Below are positions 1 through 9,506 of a stretch of 64,000 nt of DNA, one piece after another. The notes below the pieces were generated by a model, which made no database searches, was not told the origin of the DNA, and was given only the letters and a program-made list of their open reading frames with translations. Both the position numbers and the translations under genes were made by a program. Origin of the DNA: an uncultured Desulfovibrionaceae bacterium (GTDB taxonomy: Bacteria > Bacillota > Dethiobacteria > DTU022 > UBA8154); the NCBI GenBank assembly GCA_964567295.1, contig CAZMLU010000001.1, positions 8,606 through 72,605 of the forward strand. The letters run 5' to 3'. Each line of letters begins with the position of its first letter. The stretch's first letter is position 1.

Positions 1-176
1 TTCTGCAACATAAGGCGAATATCAAGACCCATGGAAAGGCCCTCCTGGTAAAACTCCTCTTCCAAAAGAGTAATGAGGGTGACCTCCATGGTTTTATGCA
101 GCTCTTTAATGAGGGAGAGAACATGGGTTTTGGCCCCTCCCGTATCTCCTCCGCTGATCAGGTGCAGTACTTTCAC
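1..176 (-). CDS. Glycosyltransferase (GT4-like), N-terminal fragment; the gene continues beyond the window start
   Basis: Minus-strand translation reads VKVLHLISGGDTGGAKTHVLSLIKEL..., a typical GT4 N-terminus. A GTG start at 176 overlaps the upstream gene's stop (GTGA), and a GGGAGGAA ribosome-binding site lies 6 nt upstream. Confidence 0.4.
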   Translation of the reverse strand, partial: MKVLHLISGGDTGGAKTHVLSLIKELHKTMEVTLITLLEEEFYQEGLSMGLDIRLMLQ

Positions 177-1327
177 GAACGTTCCTCCCGTTTTTTATCT
201 TCAGATTTTTCTCCAAAGAAGAATTGGTAGATGCGGTCACCGCAGCTGATAGTCTCCCCGCGAAAAACCTCGGAGAGCTCTAAAAGCCGCTCCCTTATTT
301 CTTCCCTGGATTCCCAGACCCTCATGCAACGTCGGTAAAGGCTTTCTGCGGTGAGGTTCTCCACCTTTTCCTCGGCGTCAAGCTCCAGGCGGGTAAGAAA
401 GGAGTCCACCTTGGGATCGTAACAGATCCCCACCATGGGAGTTCCCACGATGGAGGCGAAGATAAGGGAATGCAGGCGCACTCCGATAAAAAGGTCGATA
501 TGGGAAAACAGGGATAGGATCTCCTGTGGGGTAAGCTCCTCTTCTACCACGCAAGCTTCCCTCTGCATGGCGGCGGCAGCCCTGCGGGACGCAGGAAGAT
601 CCTGGGAGGGGAACATGGGCACAAAGACCACCGCGGCTCCCAGCTCCTCAGCTACCAGGTCTGCGGCGCGGGCTATCTCCTTCAAAAAGCTCTTCTCCAT
701 CTGCCATTCCCTCACCGAGATGCCCAACAGGGGGCGGCCGGGTGGAACCCGGGACAGCACATCCTGCACTTTGCCGCTCGGGCTTTCTCCCGTGTTAAGA
801 GGGCGCAGGTAAAAAGCAGGATCCACGGTGACCTGAAGGGGGGGGCGGGTGACCCCCAGGGAAAGCAGCTCCTTTTTAGAATCCGTATCGCGCACGGTGA
901 TCAGGTCCACCCCATTTACGATCCAGCGGGTAATAAAACGGTTAATCTTTTTGGTGATGGGCCCTACACCGTGGGCATAGAAAGCGGTGGGTTTTCTCAA
1001 AAGGCGGGCCAGGAAGACCAGGCCCAGGTAGTAGAGAACAGAAAGACCATAACCGGTCCTATCCTGCAGCAGCCCTCCTCCGCCGCTTATAAAAAGATCG
1101 CAGCGCCAGATGGCAGGCAGAATGGCCAAAAACTTGGTCCTGCCCACGGCCTTCACCCCATTGTTCCGGGTCGTCTTCTGGGGATCGGCCGAGAGAACGG
1201 TTATCTCCAGCGATCCCCCCCGCTCGGTAGCAGCGCGCCGCAATATCTGCAGCAGGCTTTCCAGGATAGCCTCGTCCCCTAAATTGTTAAAACCGTGGTA
1301 ACCGGATATGAGAACATTTTTGGTCAT
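173..1327 (-). CDS. csaB: Polysaccharide pyruvyl transferase (CsaB family); pyruvylates secondary cell-wall polymer
   Basis: 384-aa ORF with the N-terminal motif ISGYHGFNNLGDEAIL characteristic of CsaB-type pyruvyl transferases. Clustered with mnaA and tagO-like genes. Confidence 0.7.
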   Translation of the reverse strand: MTKNVLISGYHGFNNLGDEAILESLLQILRRAATERGGSLEITVLSADPQKTTRNNGVKAVGRTKFLAILPAIWRCDLFISGGGGLLQDRTGYGLSVLYYLGLVFLARLLRKPTAFYAHGVGPITKKINRFITRWIVNGVDLITVRDTDSKKELLSLGVTRPPLQVTVDPAFYLRPLNTGESPSGKVQDVLSRVPPGRPLLGISVREWQMEKSFLKEIARAADLVAEELGAAVVFVPMFPSQDLPASRRAAAAMQREACVVEEELTPQEILSLFSHIDLFIGVRLHSLIFASIVGTPMVGICYDPKVDSFLTRLELDAEEKVENLTAESLYRRCMRVWESREEIRERLLELSEVFRGETISCGDRIYQFFFGEKSEDKKREERS

Positions 1328-1432
1328 TACTCAGGTCCTATCTGTCGCAACATGTTTTATAAAGCCATCATAATTTAAAAAAGTAGTGCTGGCAAGCATA
1401 AAATGCGGGAATGAAAAACGCGGTAAGACAGT

Positions 1433-2596
1433 TCAGGGCAGCTGCACGAAGGGAGCAGGTGCCTGCTCCCGCAATCCAAAATGATAGAGAAGGCGGCCCA
1501 CAATGCGTTCCGAAGCGCTTCCGTCACCGTAAGGATTGGAGGCCCGTGCCATACGACGGTAGGCTTCCGCGTCCTTCAAAAGATGCGCTGCAAGCCGGAA
1601 TATCCTTTCGGAGGAGGTGCCGGCCAAGAGGGCCGTGCCGGCCTCCAGCGCCTCCGGCCTCTCCGTTACCTCCCGCAGCACCAGCACCGGTTTACCCAGT
1701 GAAGGAGCCTCTTCCTGGATCCCTCCCGAATCGGAGAGGACCAGGTAGGCCCTGGCCATCAGGTTGTGGAAAGAAAGGAGGTCCAGGGGTTCTAAGAGGA
1801 CGGCCCGGGAGTGTTCACCCAGGTAGCGATAAACGGTTTCCCGTACGGCAGGGTTCTTGTGGACGGGAAAGACCAGCAGGGTTTCGGGGAAAGCTTCCAG
1901 CAGGTCTCTCAGGGCGGTGCAGATCTCTTCCAAGGGGCGCCCCAGGTTTTCACGGCGGTGGGCCTCCACCAGCAGCACCCGGTAGGCATCAAAATCCAGC
2001 TGACGTAAGGAGGGATGGGGAAAAACAAAATCGTCCTGCACCGTGGTCTGCAGGGCATCGATCACGGTATTTCCGGTAACGAACACCTTGCCGGAAGGGA
2101 TTCCTTCCAGCCGAAGGTTTTCCGCGGCGGAGGCGGTAGGTGCAAAGTGCAGCTCCGCTATTACGCTGTTGAGGCGGCGATTGATCTCCTCCGGAAAGGG
2201 GGAGTACTTGTCCCCTGTGCGCAGGCCGGCCTCCACATGGCCCACGGCAACCTTGTGGTAAAAAGCGGCCAGGGACCCGGCCATGGTAGTGGTAGTATCG
2301 CCCTGTACCAGCACCATCTGCGGTTTCTCTTCCTCCATGATACTCTCCAAACCCTCCAGGGCACGGGCGGTGATATGGGTCAGGCTCTGTTTCTGCTGCA
2401 TGATATCCAGGTCGTGCTGTGGTTCCAGCCGAAAAAGACGCAACACCTGGTCCAACATCTCCCGGTGCTGGGCAGTAAGGCAGAGCACCGAATCCACTTC
2501 GGCTGTTTTCTCAAGCTGTTGGAGGAGCGGGGCCATCTTTATGGCCTCAGGGCGAGTGCCTACAATGCTCATGATTTTCAGGGGGGAACCGGACAA
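1433..2596 (-). CDS. mnaA: UDP-N-acetylglucosamine 2-epimerase (non-hydrolysing)
   Basis: The motif SIVGTRPEAIKMAP and the full-length epimerase body are present. The likely start is TTG at 2596, preceded by GAGGAGG at 7-nt spacing. Confidence 0.85.
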   Translation of the reverse strand: MSGSPLKIMSIVGTRPEAIKMAPLLQQLEKTAEVDSVLCLTAQHREMLDQVLRLFRLEPQHDLDIMQQKQSLTHITARALEGLESIMEEEKPQMVLVQGDTTTTMAGSLAAFYHKVAVGHVEAGLRTGDKYSPFPEEINRRLNSVIAELHFAPTASAAENLRLEGIPSGKVFVTGNTVIDALQTTVQDDFVFPHPSLRQLDFDAYRVLLVEAHRRENLGRPLEEICTALRDLLEAFPETLLVFPVHKNPAVRETVYRYLGEHSRAVLLEPLDLLSFHNLMARAYLVLSDSGGIQEEAPSLGKPVLVLREVTERPEALEAGTALLAGTSSERIFRLAAHLLKDAEAYRRMARASNPYGDGSASERIVGRLLYHFGLREQAPAPFVQLP

Positions 2597-2732
2597 AGAA
2601 AAACCTCCTCACCAAATTTTATAAAGAATTGCAAGAAATATAAATTAAAAGCCCCGCGCCACGGGCTGATTTTACACATGGAAGGGGCAAAATAATACAA
2701 AGAGACACTTTTTACTCCAGAAATTTCTTCTT

Positions 2733-3812
2733 CTACTTCTCCCTGGTGTTAAAACGATCGGAATAGGGCGGGGAGGGGCCGGGCGAGCTAAAAAAGCCCC
2801 GTATGCTGTTCAGGCGCCTCACCCCCAGCAGGAAAAGAAGAAAGATAACGGGAATCAGGTAGATATGAAGACCGCTGAAACGGTCAAATGCAATAGCGGC
2901 TAGACCGAAATAAATACTGGAGAGATAGAGCACCATAACCGTCTGCCTGGTGCTCAGGCCTACATTTAAAAGGCGATGATGGATATGGCCGTTATCAGCT
3001 TTGAAGATAGGGCGATGGCTGCGGTAACGGCGCCACATGGCATATAAGGTATCGGTTATGGGAAGTCCCAGGATTAGCACGGGAATAATTAGGGTGGTCA
3101 GTGTGGCCTGCTTTGTGACACCGATGATGGAAAAGCCGGCCAACATAAAACCCAAAAAAAGGCTTCCCGTATCTCCCAGGAAGATCCGCGCAGGGGAGAA
3201 ATTATGAGGCAGAAAACCCAGGGCTGCACCTGCCAGAACGAGAACCAGCAGGGGAACCTGGAGCGGAACCAGGGGAACTTCCCCCAGGGTCAGGGCAAAC
3301 ATGACCAGGGCCGCAATGGCAGAAACACCCGTTGCCAAGCCGTCAACACCGTCTATCAGGTTAACGGCATTGGTTATCCCCACCACCCAGATCACGGTGA
3401 GGGGGACGACCAGGGCACCCAGGAAAACCAAATCCTGGAAGGGAATGGTAATAAACTCGATCCGTATGTTATAGGCGACCAACACCAGGGCAGCTGCAAA
3501 CTGCCCGGCAAACTTGAGTTTGTAGGAAAGTCCTTTTATATCATCATAGAGACCCAGGAGCACGATAAGGGTGCTGCCCCAGAAAAGGCCCCAGAATTCA
3601 GCGCCTCCTCCTGTAAAAAGCAGGGTTATCCCTGCCGTTAACCAGAAAGCGAAGTAGACAGCCGCACCGCCAAGCAGGGGCATAGCCTTACCATGGAGCT
3701 TGCGCTTGTCAGGATAATCCAGGACGCCGACCCTGAACGCCAGGCGTCGAAATATTGGAGTAAAAATAAAGGAAAGCACAAAAGCCAGCACCAGGGGCAG
3801 GTATACCTGCAT
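2733..3812 (-). CDS. tagO: Undecaprenyl-phosphate GlcNAc-1-phosphate transferase (WecA/TagO/MraY family)
   Basis: 359-aa polytopic membrane protein. The N-terminus FRRLAFRVGVLDYPDKRKLHGKAMPLLGG and the DD/NxxD region fit WecA/TagO. Confidence 0.8.
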   Translation of the reverse strand: MQVYLPLVLAFVLSFIFTPIFRRLAFRVGVLDYPDKRKLHGKAMPLLGGAAVYFAFWLTAGITLLFTGGGAEFWGLFWGSTLIVLLGLYDDIKGLSYKLKFAGQFAAALVLVAYNIRIEFITIPFQDLVFLGALVVPLTVIWVVGITNAVNLIDGVDGLATGVSAIAALVMFALTLGEVPLVPLQVPLLVLVLAGAALGFLPHNFSPARIFLGDTGSLFLGFMLAGFSIIGVTKQATLTTLIIPVLILGLPITDTLYAMWRRYRSHRPIFKADNGHIHHRLLNVGLSTRQTVMVLYLSSIYFGLAAIAFDRFSGLHIYLIPVIFLLFLLGVRRLNSIRGFFSSPGPSPPYSDRFNTREK

Positions 3813-4019
3813 AAAAAGAGATCACCAAACTTTCCTAAAAAATTATGAACAAGGTTAAATTCGCGAAAGAGGGGAAAAAATCCTGCTGTTTAAAAAAATT
3901 TGGATGATGGTTATCTATATCACAATCCATCGCTTACTGGTAAATGACGTGCAAAAACCATTATGGTTACGCCTGCAGGAAAAATAAATTGCTGAACACC
4001 TTTGCCTTAATAAAAAAAA

Positions 4020-5087
4020 TCACTGCACCACATGGATGGGATTGCTGTAAATCCAGGGACGGGGCTTTCCCAGGCGCGGACACCAGTATACTTCCGCACG
4101 AAAAACACCCGGCTTTAAAACCTTGAAAGCCAGTACCTGCTGGCGGGTCTGATAGACTTCCTTCCCGTTTTTAAGCAGGCGAATAAGCCCCCGGGGGGAG
4201 GGAGAGACAATACGCAGCACGGTGGTGGGGGAGTGTGTGATCCTGCCGCACATGTAGACCTCTTCCTCGCCGCCATAGTTTAAAGCGGAAAAACGAAAGC
4301 CCCTGGCAGGATGCACATAATCGCTGCCAATAAAAAAATTACCGCACCGCAAAGCGGCAAGGAGCTGCTCAATGGCTTCCCGGGAATCTTCTTGCAGTTT
4401 TTTATTTAAAACTACGTGGGTGTTTAAGGTGCGAAATAAAAAGTTATAGTGGAAAAAATGCAGCTTCAAAGGCCCGAACTGTGCCGGAAAGCTGTGGGCA
4501 TCACTACCGGCAAAACCAAATACGGGGCGCCGGCGGTTGAGCTGGTCCCAGAGCTCCAGGCCTTCGGGATCAGGCCAGCGGGCGCCGCGATAGGTATCTA
4601 TATAATACCAGAAAAGGGCGCAGGCCATGTTGGAATAAGCTGATCTCCACAGGGAGCTGAAATTCCATATCTCAAGGCCTGAAAAGTTTTCTACATCCCG
4701 TTTGTCCCAGGGAAAGCTGCGGCCTTTCATGAAAAGGGGATTGGCCTTCTCCACGGGATGGGCCAGGTAACCGAAGCCTCCCCGAGCATTGACGGTATCT
4801 ATGACACGCTGAGGATTTTCGTTATCAGTAGGAATACCTTCTTCCTGCAGGCCAAAGGCAATATAGTGGTTTTTGACGGTGTTCAGTTCTATCCCCACCA
4901 GCACCAGTACCCCCTGGTGCCTGCCGCTCCAGCCCTCCTTCAAAGCCGCCAGGGTATTGTGATCCGTTATGCCCACAAAATCCAGGCCCGCCCGGCGCGC
5001 AGAGCTCACAATATCCTGGATTGAGCCGTTGCCGTCTGAAAAGGAAGAGTGAATATGAAGATGTCCTGTATACTCAAACTTATCCAT
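4020..5087 (-). CDS. PHP-domain metal-dependent phosphoesterase-like protein
   Basis: The HLHIHSSFSDGNGS motif marks a PHP domain. Start refined to the internal ATG at 5087 (MDKFEYTGH...), which has a GGTGA ribosome-binding site and avoids overlap with the upstream MreB-like gene. Confidence 0.6.
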   Translation of the reverse strand: MDKFEYTGHLHIHSSFSDGNGSIQDIVSSARRAGLDFVGITDHNTLAALKEGWSGRHQGVLVLVGIELNTVKNHYIAFGLQEEGIPTDNENPQRVIDTVNARGGFGYLAHPVEKANPLFMKGRSFPWDKRDVENFSGLEIWNFSSLWRSAYSNMACALFWYYIDTYRGARWPDPEGLELWDQLNRRRPVFGFAGSDAHSFPAQFGPLKLHFFHYNFLFRTLNTHVVLNKKLQEDSREAIEQLLAALRCGNFFIGSDYVHPARGFRFSALNYGGEEEVYMCGRITHSPTTVLRIVSPSPRGLIRLLKNGKEVYQTRQQVLAFKVLKPGVFRAEVYWCPRLGKPRPWIYSNPIHVVQ

Positions 5088-5151
5088 TTTTTCACCATTA
5101 TCCCGGGCAAAAAGAAGAACCCTTATCGTGATGTCCTCAGTAAAGGTGGTA

Positions 5152-6180
5152 TTAATAGGCAGTAGCCATATTTTTATTGGAGATAAGAGAACCTTCCAGG
5201 CGATCCAGGTATTCCAGGGCTTTTCCTGTCCCCATGGCCACGCTGCCGATGGGATCATCCGCTAGATAGGCAGGGACGCCTGTTTCTTGAGCGATAAGCT
5301 TGTGAATGCCGTCCAGCATAGCCCCGCCGCCTGTAAGAACAATTCCCTTTTCGATAATATCGCCGGAAAGCTCAGGCGGGGTAGTCTCCAAGACCTGGCG
5401 AATGCCATGGATAATGCTCAGGAGGGGGTCCCTGGTGGCTTCGGCTATCTGTTCCGTAGATACTTCCACGGAACGGGGTAGACCGCTTACCATGTCCCGA
5501 CCCCGGATCTGGGACTTCAATGAGCGGCCTCCAGGATATGCGGAACCGATCTCAATTTTCATGGCTTCTGCCGAGCGCTCCCCTATGAAGAGGTTGTACT
5601 CCTTGCGCAGGTAGCGTATAATTCCTTCGTCGAACCTATCTCCTCCCACCTTGACACTGGAGGAAACCACCGTCTCCCCCAGGGAAAGAACAGCGATATC
5701 AGTAGTTCCCCCGCCGATATCTACCACCATGCTGCCGCTGGGGCTGAATATATCCATTCCTGCTCCCAGCGCTGCGGCACGAGGCTCCTCGATCAGGTAG
5801 GCATTTTTTGCACCTGTACGTGTCACGGCTTCAATGACAGCCTTCTTCTCCACGGAGGTGGTCTGCACGGGAATGCAGACTACTACACGAGGCCTGAAGA
5901 GTCGCCGTGACTTGCAAACCCTGGAGATAAAATGCTTGAGCATGACTTCGGTAGCGTCAAAGTTCGCGATAACACCATCCTTGAGAGGTCTAACCGCCAC
6001 AATATTGCCAGGGGTGCGGCCCAGCATTTTTTGGGCCAGTTCTCCCACCGCTAACACCCTGCCGCTTCTCTGTTCAAAAGCCACCACGGAGGGTTCATTT
6101 AAAACAATTCCTTTTCCCTTCAAAAAAACCAATATTGTTGCCGTCCCCAGGTCAACGCCTAGATCTGTCCCTAAACCCAC
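5152..6180 (-). CDS. mbl: Rod-shape-determining actin homologue MreB/Mbl
   Basis: 342 aa; DLGTATILVFLKGKGIVLNEPSVVA and the actin ATPase motifs (DIGGGTTD, LTGGGA). Confidence 0.85.
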   Translation of the reverse strand: MGLGTDLGVDLGTATILVFLKGKGIVLNEPSVVAFEQRSGRVLAVGELAQKMLGRTPGNIVAVRPLKDGVIANFDATEVMLKHFISRVCKSRRLFRPRVVVCIPVQTTSVEKKAVIEAVTRTGAKNAYLIEEPRAAALGAGMDIFSPSGSMVVDIGGGTTDIAVLSLGETVVSSSVKVGGDRFDEGIIRYLRKEYNLFIGERSAEAMKIEIGSAYPGGRSLKSQIRGRDMVSGLPRSVEVSTEQIAEATRDPLLSIIHGIRQVLETTPPELSGDIIEKGIVLTGGGAMLDGIHKLIAQETGVPAYLADDPIGSVAMGTGKALEYLDRLEGSLISNKNMATAY

Positions 6181-6240
6181 CTATCACACCTCTTCCTTGT
6201 TTAGCGCAGATAATTCCTGCTACATGACATGGTATTCTTT

Positions 6241-6276
6241 ATCTTTCGTTATTTTTCGTTATTTTTCGTTATTTTT
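6241..6276. repeat. Intergenic tandem repeat, about 3.6 copies of the 10-bp unit CGTTATTTTT
   Basis: Direct reading: (tcttt)cgttatttttcgttatttttcgttattttt, lying between the mbl start and the recR stop. Confidence 0.9.
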
Positions 6277-6339
6277 CCTGTTCTTCCTTTATAAAATTAT
6301 TTTTGGAAACACAGAGAAGCCAAAATCAGGCTTTGCTTT

Positions 6340-6936
6340 TTAAATCTCCCGGCGCGCCTCCATGGCACGTCCCATGGTTAGCTCATCTGCATACTCCAGG
6401 TCTCCTCCCACGGGCAGACCAAAACCGATGCGGGTAACTTTTACCCCCAGCGGGCGTGCAGACTCGGCGATATAAAAAGCAGTCGCATCACCCTCTACGT
6501 TAGGGTTGGTAGCGATAACGACCTCCTCCACACGGTCTTCCTTGATAATCTCCATGAGAAAAGGGATCTGGAGTTCTTCGGGTCCCCTTCCTTCCATGGG
6601 AGAAAGGGCCCCATGGAGGACAAAGTAGCGCCCCTTGAACTGCCCGGTCTTTTCAATTACCAGGATGTCCCTGGGCTCTTGGACCACGCAGAGATATGTT
6701 TTTTCGCGCTTTTCGTCACGGCATATGGAGCAGACTTCCTCCTCCGTGAGATTGCGGCAGCGGGTGCAGCGCCTCACCCTTTTTTTTGCTTCCACCAGGG
6801 ATCTTGCAAAACTGCGCACTTCCTCCTCTTCCATAGAAAGGACATGATATGCCAAGCGCATGGCCGTTTTGGGACCTATGCCGGGTAGGCGGTTAAAAGA
6901 TTCCAATAACCTGGTTAATGCCGGTGAAAAATACAT
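6340..6936 (-). CDS. recR: Recombination protein RecR
   Basis: 198 aa; the helix-hairpin-helix motif NRLPGIGPKTAMRLAYHVL, the C4 zinc finger CTRCRNLTEEEVCSIC and a Toprim domain. Confidence 0.9.
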   Translation of the reverse strand: MYFSPALTRLLESFNRLPGIGPKTAMRLAYHVLSMEEEEVRSFARSLVEAKKRVRRCTRCRNLTEEEVCSICRDEKREKTYLCVVQEPRDILVIEKTGQFKGRYFVLHGALSPMEGRGPEELQIPFLMEIIKEDRVEEVVIATNPNVEGDATAFYIAESARPLGVKVTRIGFGLPVGGDLEYADELTMGRAMEARREI

Positions 6937-7003
6937 GAGGTTTTCCTACTTTCCTTTCCTAACTTATACTGCAGAGAATAGCTGATCAGCATATAGTTCA
7001 AAC

Positions 7004-7324
7004 TTAAAGAAGGTTGGGCGGCAAACCCAGCCCTCCGGCCAGCTTCTCCATCTCCGCTGAAACCATGGCATCAGCCTGGCGAATGGCTTCGTTAACCGCA
7101 CTCAGGACCAGGTCCTGGATCATCTCTACGTCATCTTCCTTGAGAAGCTCGGGACTAATCTCCAACTCCTGCAACTCCTTGCCACCGCTTACCACAGCAC
7201 GAACTGCCCCGCCGCCGCTGGTGGCTTCAACAGTGCGACCCTTTAATTCCTCCTGCAGCTCGGCCATTTTAGCCTGGGCTTTCTGCATCTCTTTAAACAT
7301 CTTTCCCATTTTTCCGTTTGGCAC
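7004..7324 (-). CDS. ybaB: Nucleoid-associated protein YbaB/EbfC
   Basis: 106 aa; MGKMFKEMQKAQAKMAELQEEL and conserved dnaX-ybaB-recR synteny. The true start may be one of the internal Met codons. Confidence 0.85.
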   Translation of the reverse strand: MPNGKMGKMFKEMQKAQAKMAELQEELKGRTVEATSGGGAVRAVVSGGKELQELEISPELLKEDDVEMIQDLVLSAVNEAIRQADAMVSAEMEKLAGGLGLPPNLL

Positions 7325-7364
7325 TTTTCTTATTCCCCCTCTCCGTTATGTTAACTCCAAAGTT

Positions 7365-9332
7365 TTATTTATCGGTAAAGAGGCGGTAATCCGCTTTTGT
7401 CCCTTTTACCTCGATAAGCTGTCCATTAAAAAGTTCCAACATCTGCCTGATAAAGTAATCGTCCTTTTCGTCCTTTTCGTCCTTTTCGCCCTTTTGGACA
7501 ACCTTCTCTTTTGCGGCGGCGTTTTTCCCCGTCTGCCCTGTTTTCTTTTCCTCCTGCCCCGCTTTTTCTGCCAGGATCACTTTCAGGGATACCTGTTCTT
7601 TTAGTATCTTGGAAAGGAGTGCCTCCAAATATTTTTTATTATCAGCAGACTCGATCCGCTTCTTTTGCACACCGGCAGTTGAAGGAAGGGCAACAGTAAG
7701 CAGGCTTCCTTTACGTGATTGCAAGCTTGCCTGATGAAAAGCGGAATACAGGAAGTGCTTACCCTCCTGCTTCAACAAAGGTAGAAATGTTTCCTCCCAA
7801 AACCGTGCCAGCTCTTCCGGAGGAGACCCGGGAGGAATCTGACCGGCACCTTCACTTTCGAAAACCTGGCTTTCACCTGTTACTTCCTCTGTTTCTGCCG
7901 CTTTTTCTGCCGCTTTTTCTGCCGCTTTTTCTGCCGCTTTTTCCCGCTTCAAGGTCTCTTCTGGCGGGGGTTGCTCCTCTGTCGAAGAAGCCTCTGGAAA
8001 CCTGTCCTCCTGGGCAGGAGGGGCTTCCTCGGGCAGAGGAATATCCTCCTCCTCAGCAGAAGGGGGCTTTCCTTCTTCCTCCTCAGCAGAAGGGGGCTTT
8101 CCTTCTTCCCAGACTGGGGCTTTTTCCTGCAGCATCCCCAGACCTGCCCGGGCCAATTTATCCTCCAGCTCCTCCAGGCGGGAAAGAAGTCCCTCGGGCG
8201 AAAGATAGTTGCGGAAGCGATAGGCACGGGCCATTCTCAAAAAGGACAGTTCCAGTAAAAACTGCGGCTGGGAGGCGCCTTTTAACTGGTAAGTAAGGTC
8301 CTGCAGGATCTCCAGCATTTCTAAAATCACAGCATGATGAAACTTTTCCCTGTGCTTATGGAGGTAGGGTGCCAGGGAGGGAACATCTTCCAGAACATCT
8401 TCCCGCCCGCTTCCCACCTGCAGCACCATCAGCTTGCGCAGGTAAAGAATAAGTTCGCGCAGGAAGCGGTGCAGATCCCTGCCACCGTGCATGATGGAGG
8501 CAATAGTCTCCAGGCCGCTCTCCGTATCATCATCTATCACTGCCTGGAGAAGGTTGTAGATAACCTCCGGCGAAGCCAGGCCCATGATCTCCAGGACTTC
8601 CTGCTGATCGATCTTTTCTCCTCCGTAAGCGCGACACTGTTCCAAGAAACCCAGGGCATCGCGCACGGAGCCTTCGGCCAGGCGGGCCAGCAGGTACAAG
8701 GTCTCCTCTTCCACGGAAAATTTCATTTCTGCTGCTATTTCACGGAGCTTGCCCACTACCTCGACCGGTTCCAGCAGGTGAAAATCAAAGCGCTGGCAGC
8801 GGGAAATAACCGTTGGAGGTAGTTTGTGAACCTCGGTAGTGGCCAGGATAAAAACCACTCCGGAAGGAGGTTCTTCCAGGGTTTTAAGCAATGCGTTAAA
8901 AGCTTCGTTGGTGAGCATATGCACTTCGTCGATAATGTACACCTTGTAACGGCTGGAGGCAGGGGCATAACGCACTTTTTCGCGCAGATCCCTGATCTCA
9001 TCAATGCCGCGGTTAGAAGCAGCATCCAGCTCCAGCACATCCATGCTGCGTCCATCCAGGATTTCCAGGCAGCTTTGACAGTTATTGCAGGGTTCAGGAT
9101 TTACCCCTTCCCTGCAGTTCAGGGCCCGCGAAAAAAGCTTGGCCAGGGTTGTCTTGCCTGTTCCCCGCAGTCCGCAAAAAAGATAGGCGTGGGCTACGCG
9201 GTCAGCCTTCAGCGCATTTTGCAGGGTGCGGGTAACATGCTCCTGCCCCACGACCTCGGAAAAGAGGCGAGGCCTGAATCGGCGGTATAACGCGGTATAA
9301 GTATTGTTTTTGAGGGAAAAACCCCTGGACAT
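7365..9332 (-). CDS. dnaX: DNA polymerase III subunit tau/gamma
   Basis: ALYRRFRPRLFSEVVGQEHV, the P-loop GLRGTGKTT and the Zn module CNNCQSC. Start set at the ATG at 9332 (GAGGTG ribosome-binding site) rather than 9365. The linker region is long and repetitive. Confidence 0.9.
   Translation of the reverse strand: MSRGFSLKNNTYTALYRRFRPRLFSEVVGQEHVTRTLQNALKADRVAHAYLFCGLRGTGKTTLAKLFSRALNCREGVNPEPCNNCQSCLEILDGRSMDVLELDAASNRGIDEIRDLREKVRYAPASSRYKVYIIDEVHMLTNEAFNALLKTLEEPPSGVVFILATTEVHKLPPTVISRCQRFDFHLLEPVEVVGKLREIAAEMKFSVEEETLYLLARLAEGSVRDALGFLEQCRAYGGEKIDQQEVLEIMGLASPEVIYNLLQAVIDDDTESGLETIASIMHGGRDLHRFLRELILYLRKLMVLQVGSGREDVLEDVPSLAPYLHKHREKFHHAVILEMLEILQDLTYQLKGASQPQFLLELSFLRMARAYRFRNYLSPEGLLSRLEELEDKLARAGLGMLQEKAPVWEEGKPPSAEEEEGKPPSAEEEDIPLPEEAPPAQEDRFPEASSTEEQPPPEETLKREKAAEKAAEKAAEKAAETEEVTGESQVFESEGAGQIPPGSPPEELARFWEETFLPLLKQEGKHFLYSAFHQASLQSRKGSLLTVALPSTAGVQKKRIESADNKKYLEALLSKILKEQVSLKVILAEKAGQEEKKTGQTGKNAAAKEKVVQKGEKDEKDEKDDYFIRQMLELFNGQLIEVKGTKADYRLFTDK
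7460..7495. repeat. Coding tandem repeat, 4 copies of a 9-bp unit (CGTCCTTTT), encoding (KDE)n at the DnaX C-terminus
   Basis: Direct reading inside dnaX. Confidence 0.85.
7895..7942. repeat. Coding tandem repeat, 4 copies of a 12-bp unit (CTGCCGCTTTTT), encoding (KAAE)4 in the DnaX linker
   Basis: Direct reading inside dnaX. Confidence 0.9.
8048..8107. repeat. Coding tandem duplication, 2 perfect copies of a 30-bp unit, encoding EEGKPPSAEE twice in the DnaX linker
   Basis: Direct reading inside dnaX. Confidence 0.9.
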
Positions 9333-9506
9333 TAAAACACCTCGATCTATGATGCCCTTGAACAAGTTATGGTAAAATGGTTTGCAGAAGCGTTAATTCT
9401 TCCTTTGTGTTACAGCTTAATTCGCTAAAGAGAAACATTTTCCTGCTCTGCCGGATTAGTTTGCTGCGATTTCGGACAGATTATTTAGGGAGGGGTAGAT
9501 AAAGCT

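Noticed and set aside
2015-2695. A 226-aa plus-strand ORF opposite mnaA, and similar antisense ORFs throughout (e.g. 19232..19900, 20889..21410, 34974..35600, 49310..50035, 56459..56992, 60762..61493)
   Set aside because: They lie antisense to strongly supported enzymes, have no SD and no recognisable domains. This is typical of GC-skewed shadow frames.
7715-8296. Long plus-strand ORFs (7715..8296, 7971..8258, 7014..7604, 8334..8822, 8826..9290) overlapping dnaX and ybaB
   Set aside because: These are shadow ORFs on the strand opposite well-supported genes. They are low-complexity translations of the repeat tracts and have no ribosome-binding sites.
7365-9332. A programmed ribosomal frameshift site producing a short gamma form of DnaX
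   Set aside because: No A AAA AAG-type slippery heptamer with a downstream stem-loop is evident. The gamma frameshift is an enterobacterial feature not expected in Firmicutes.
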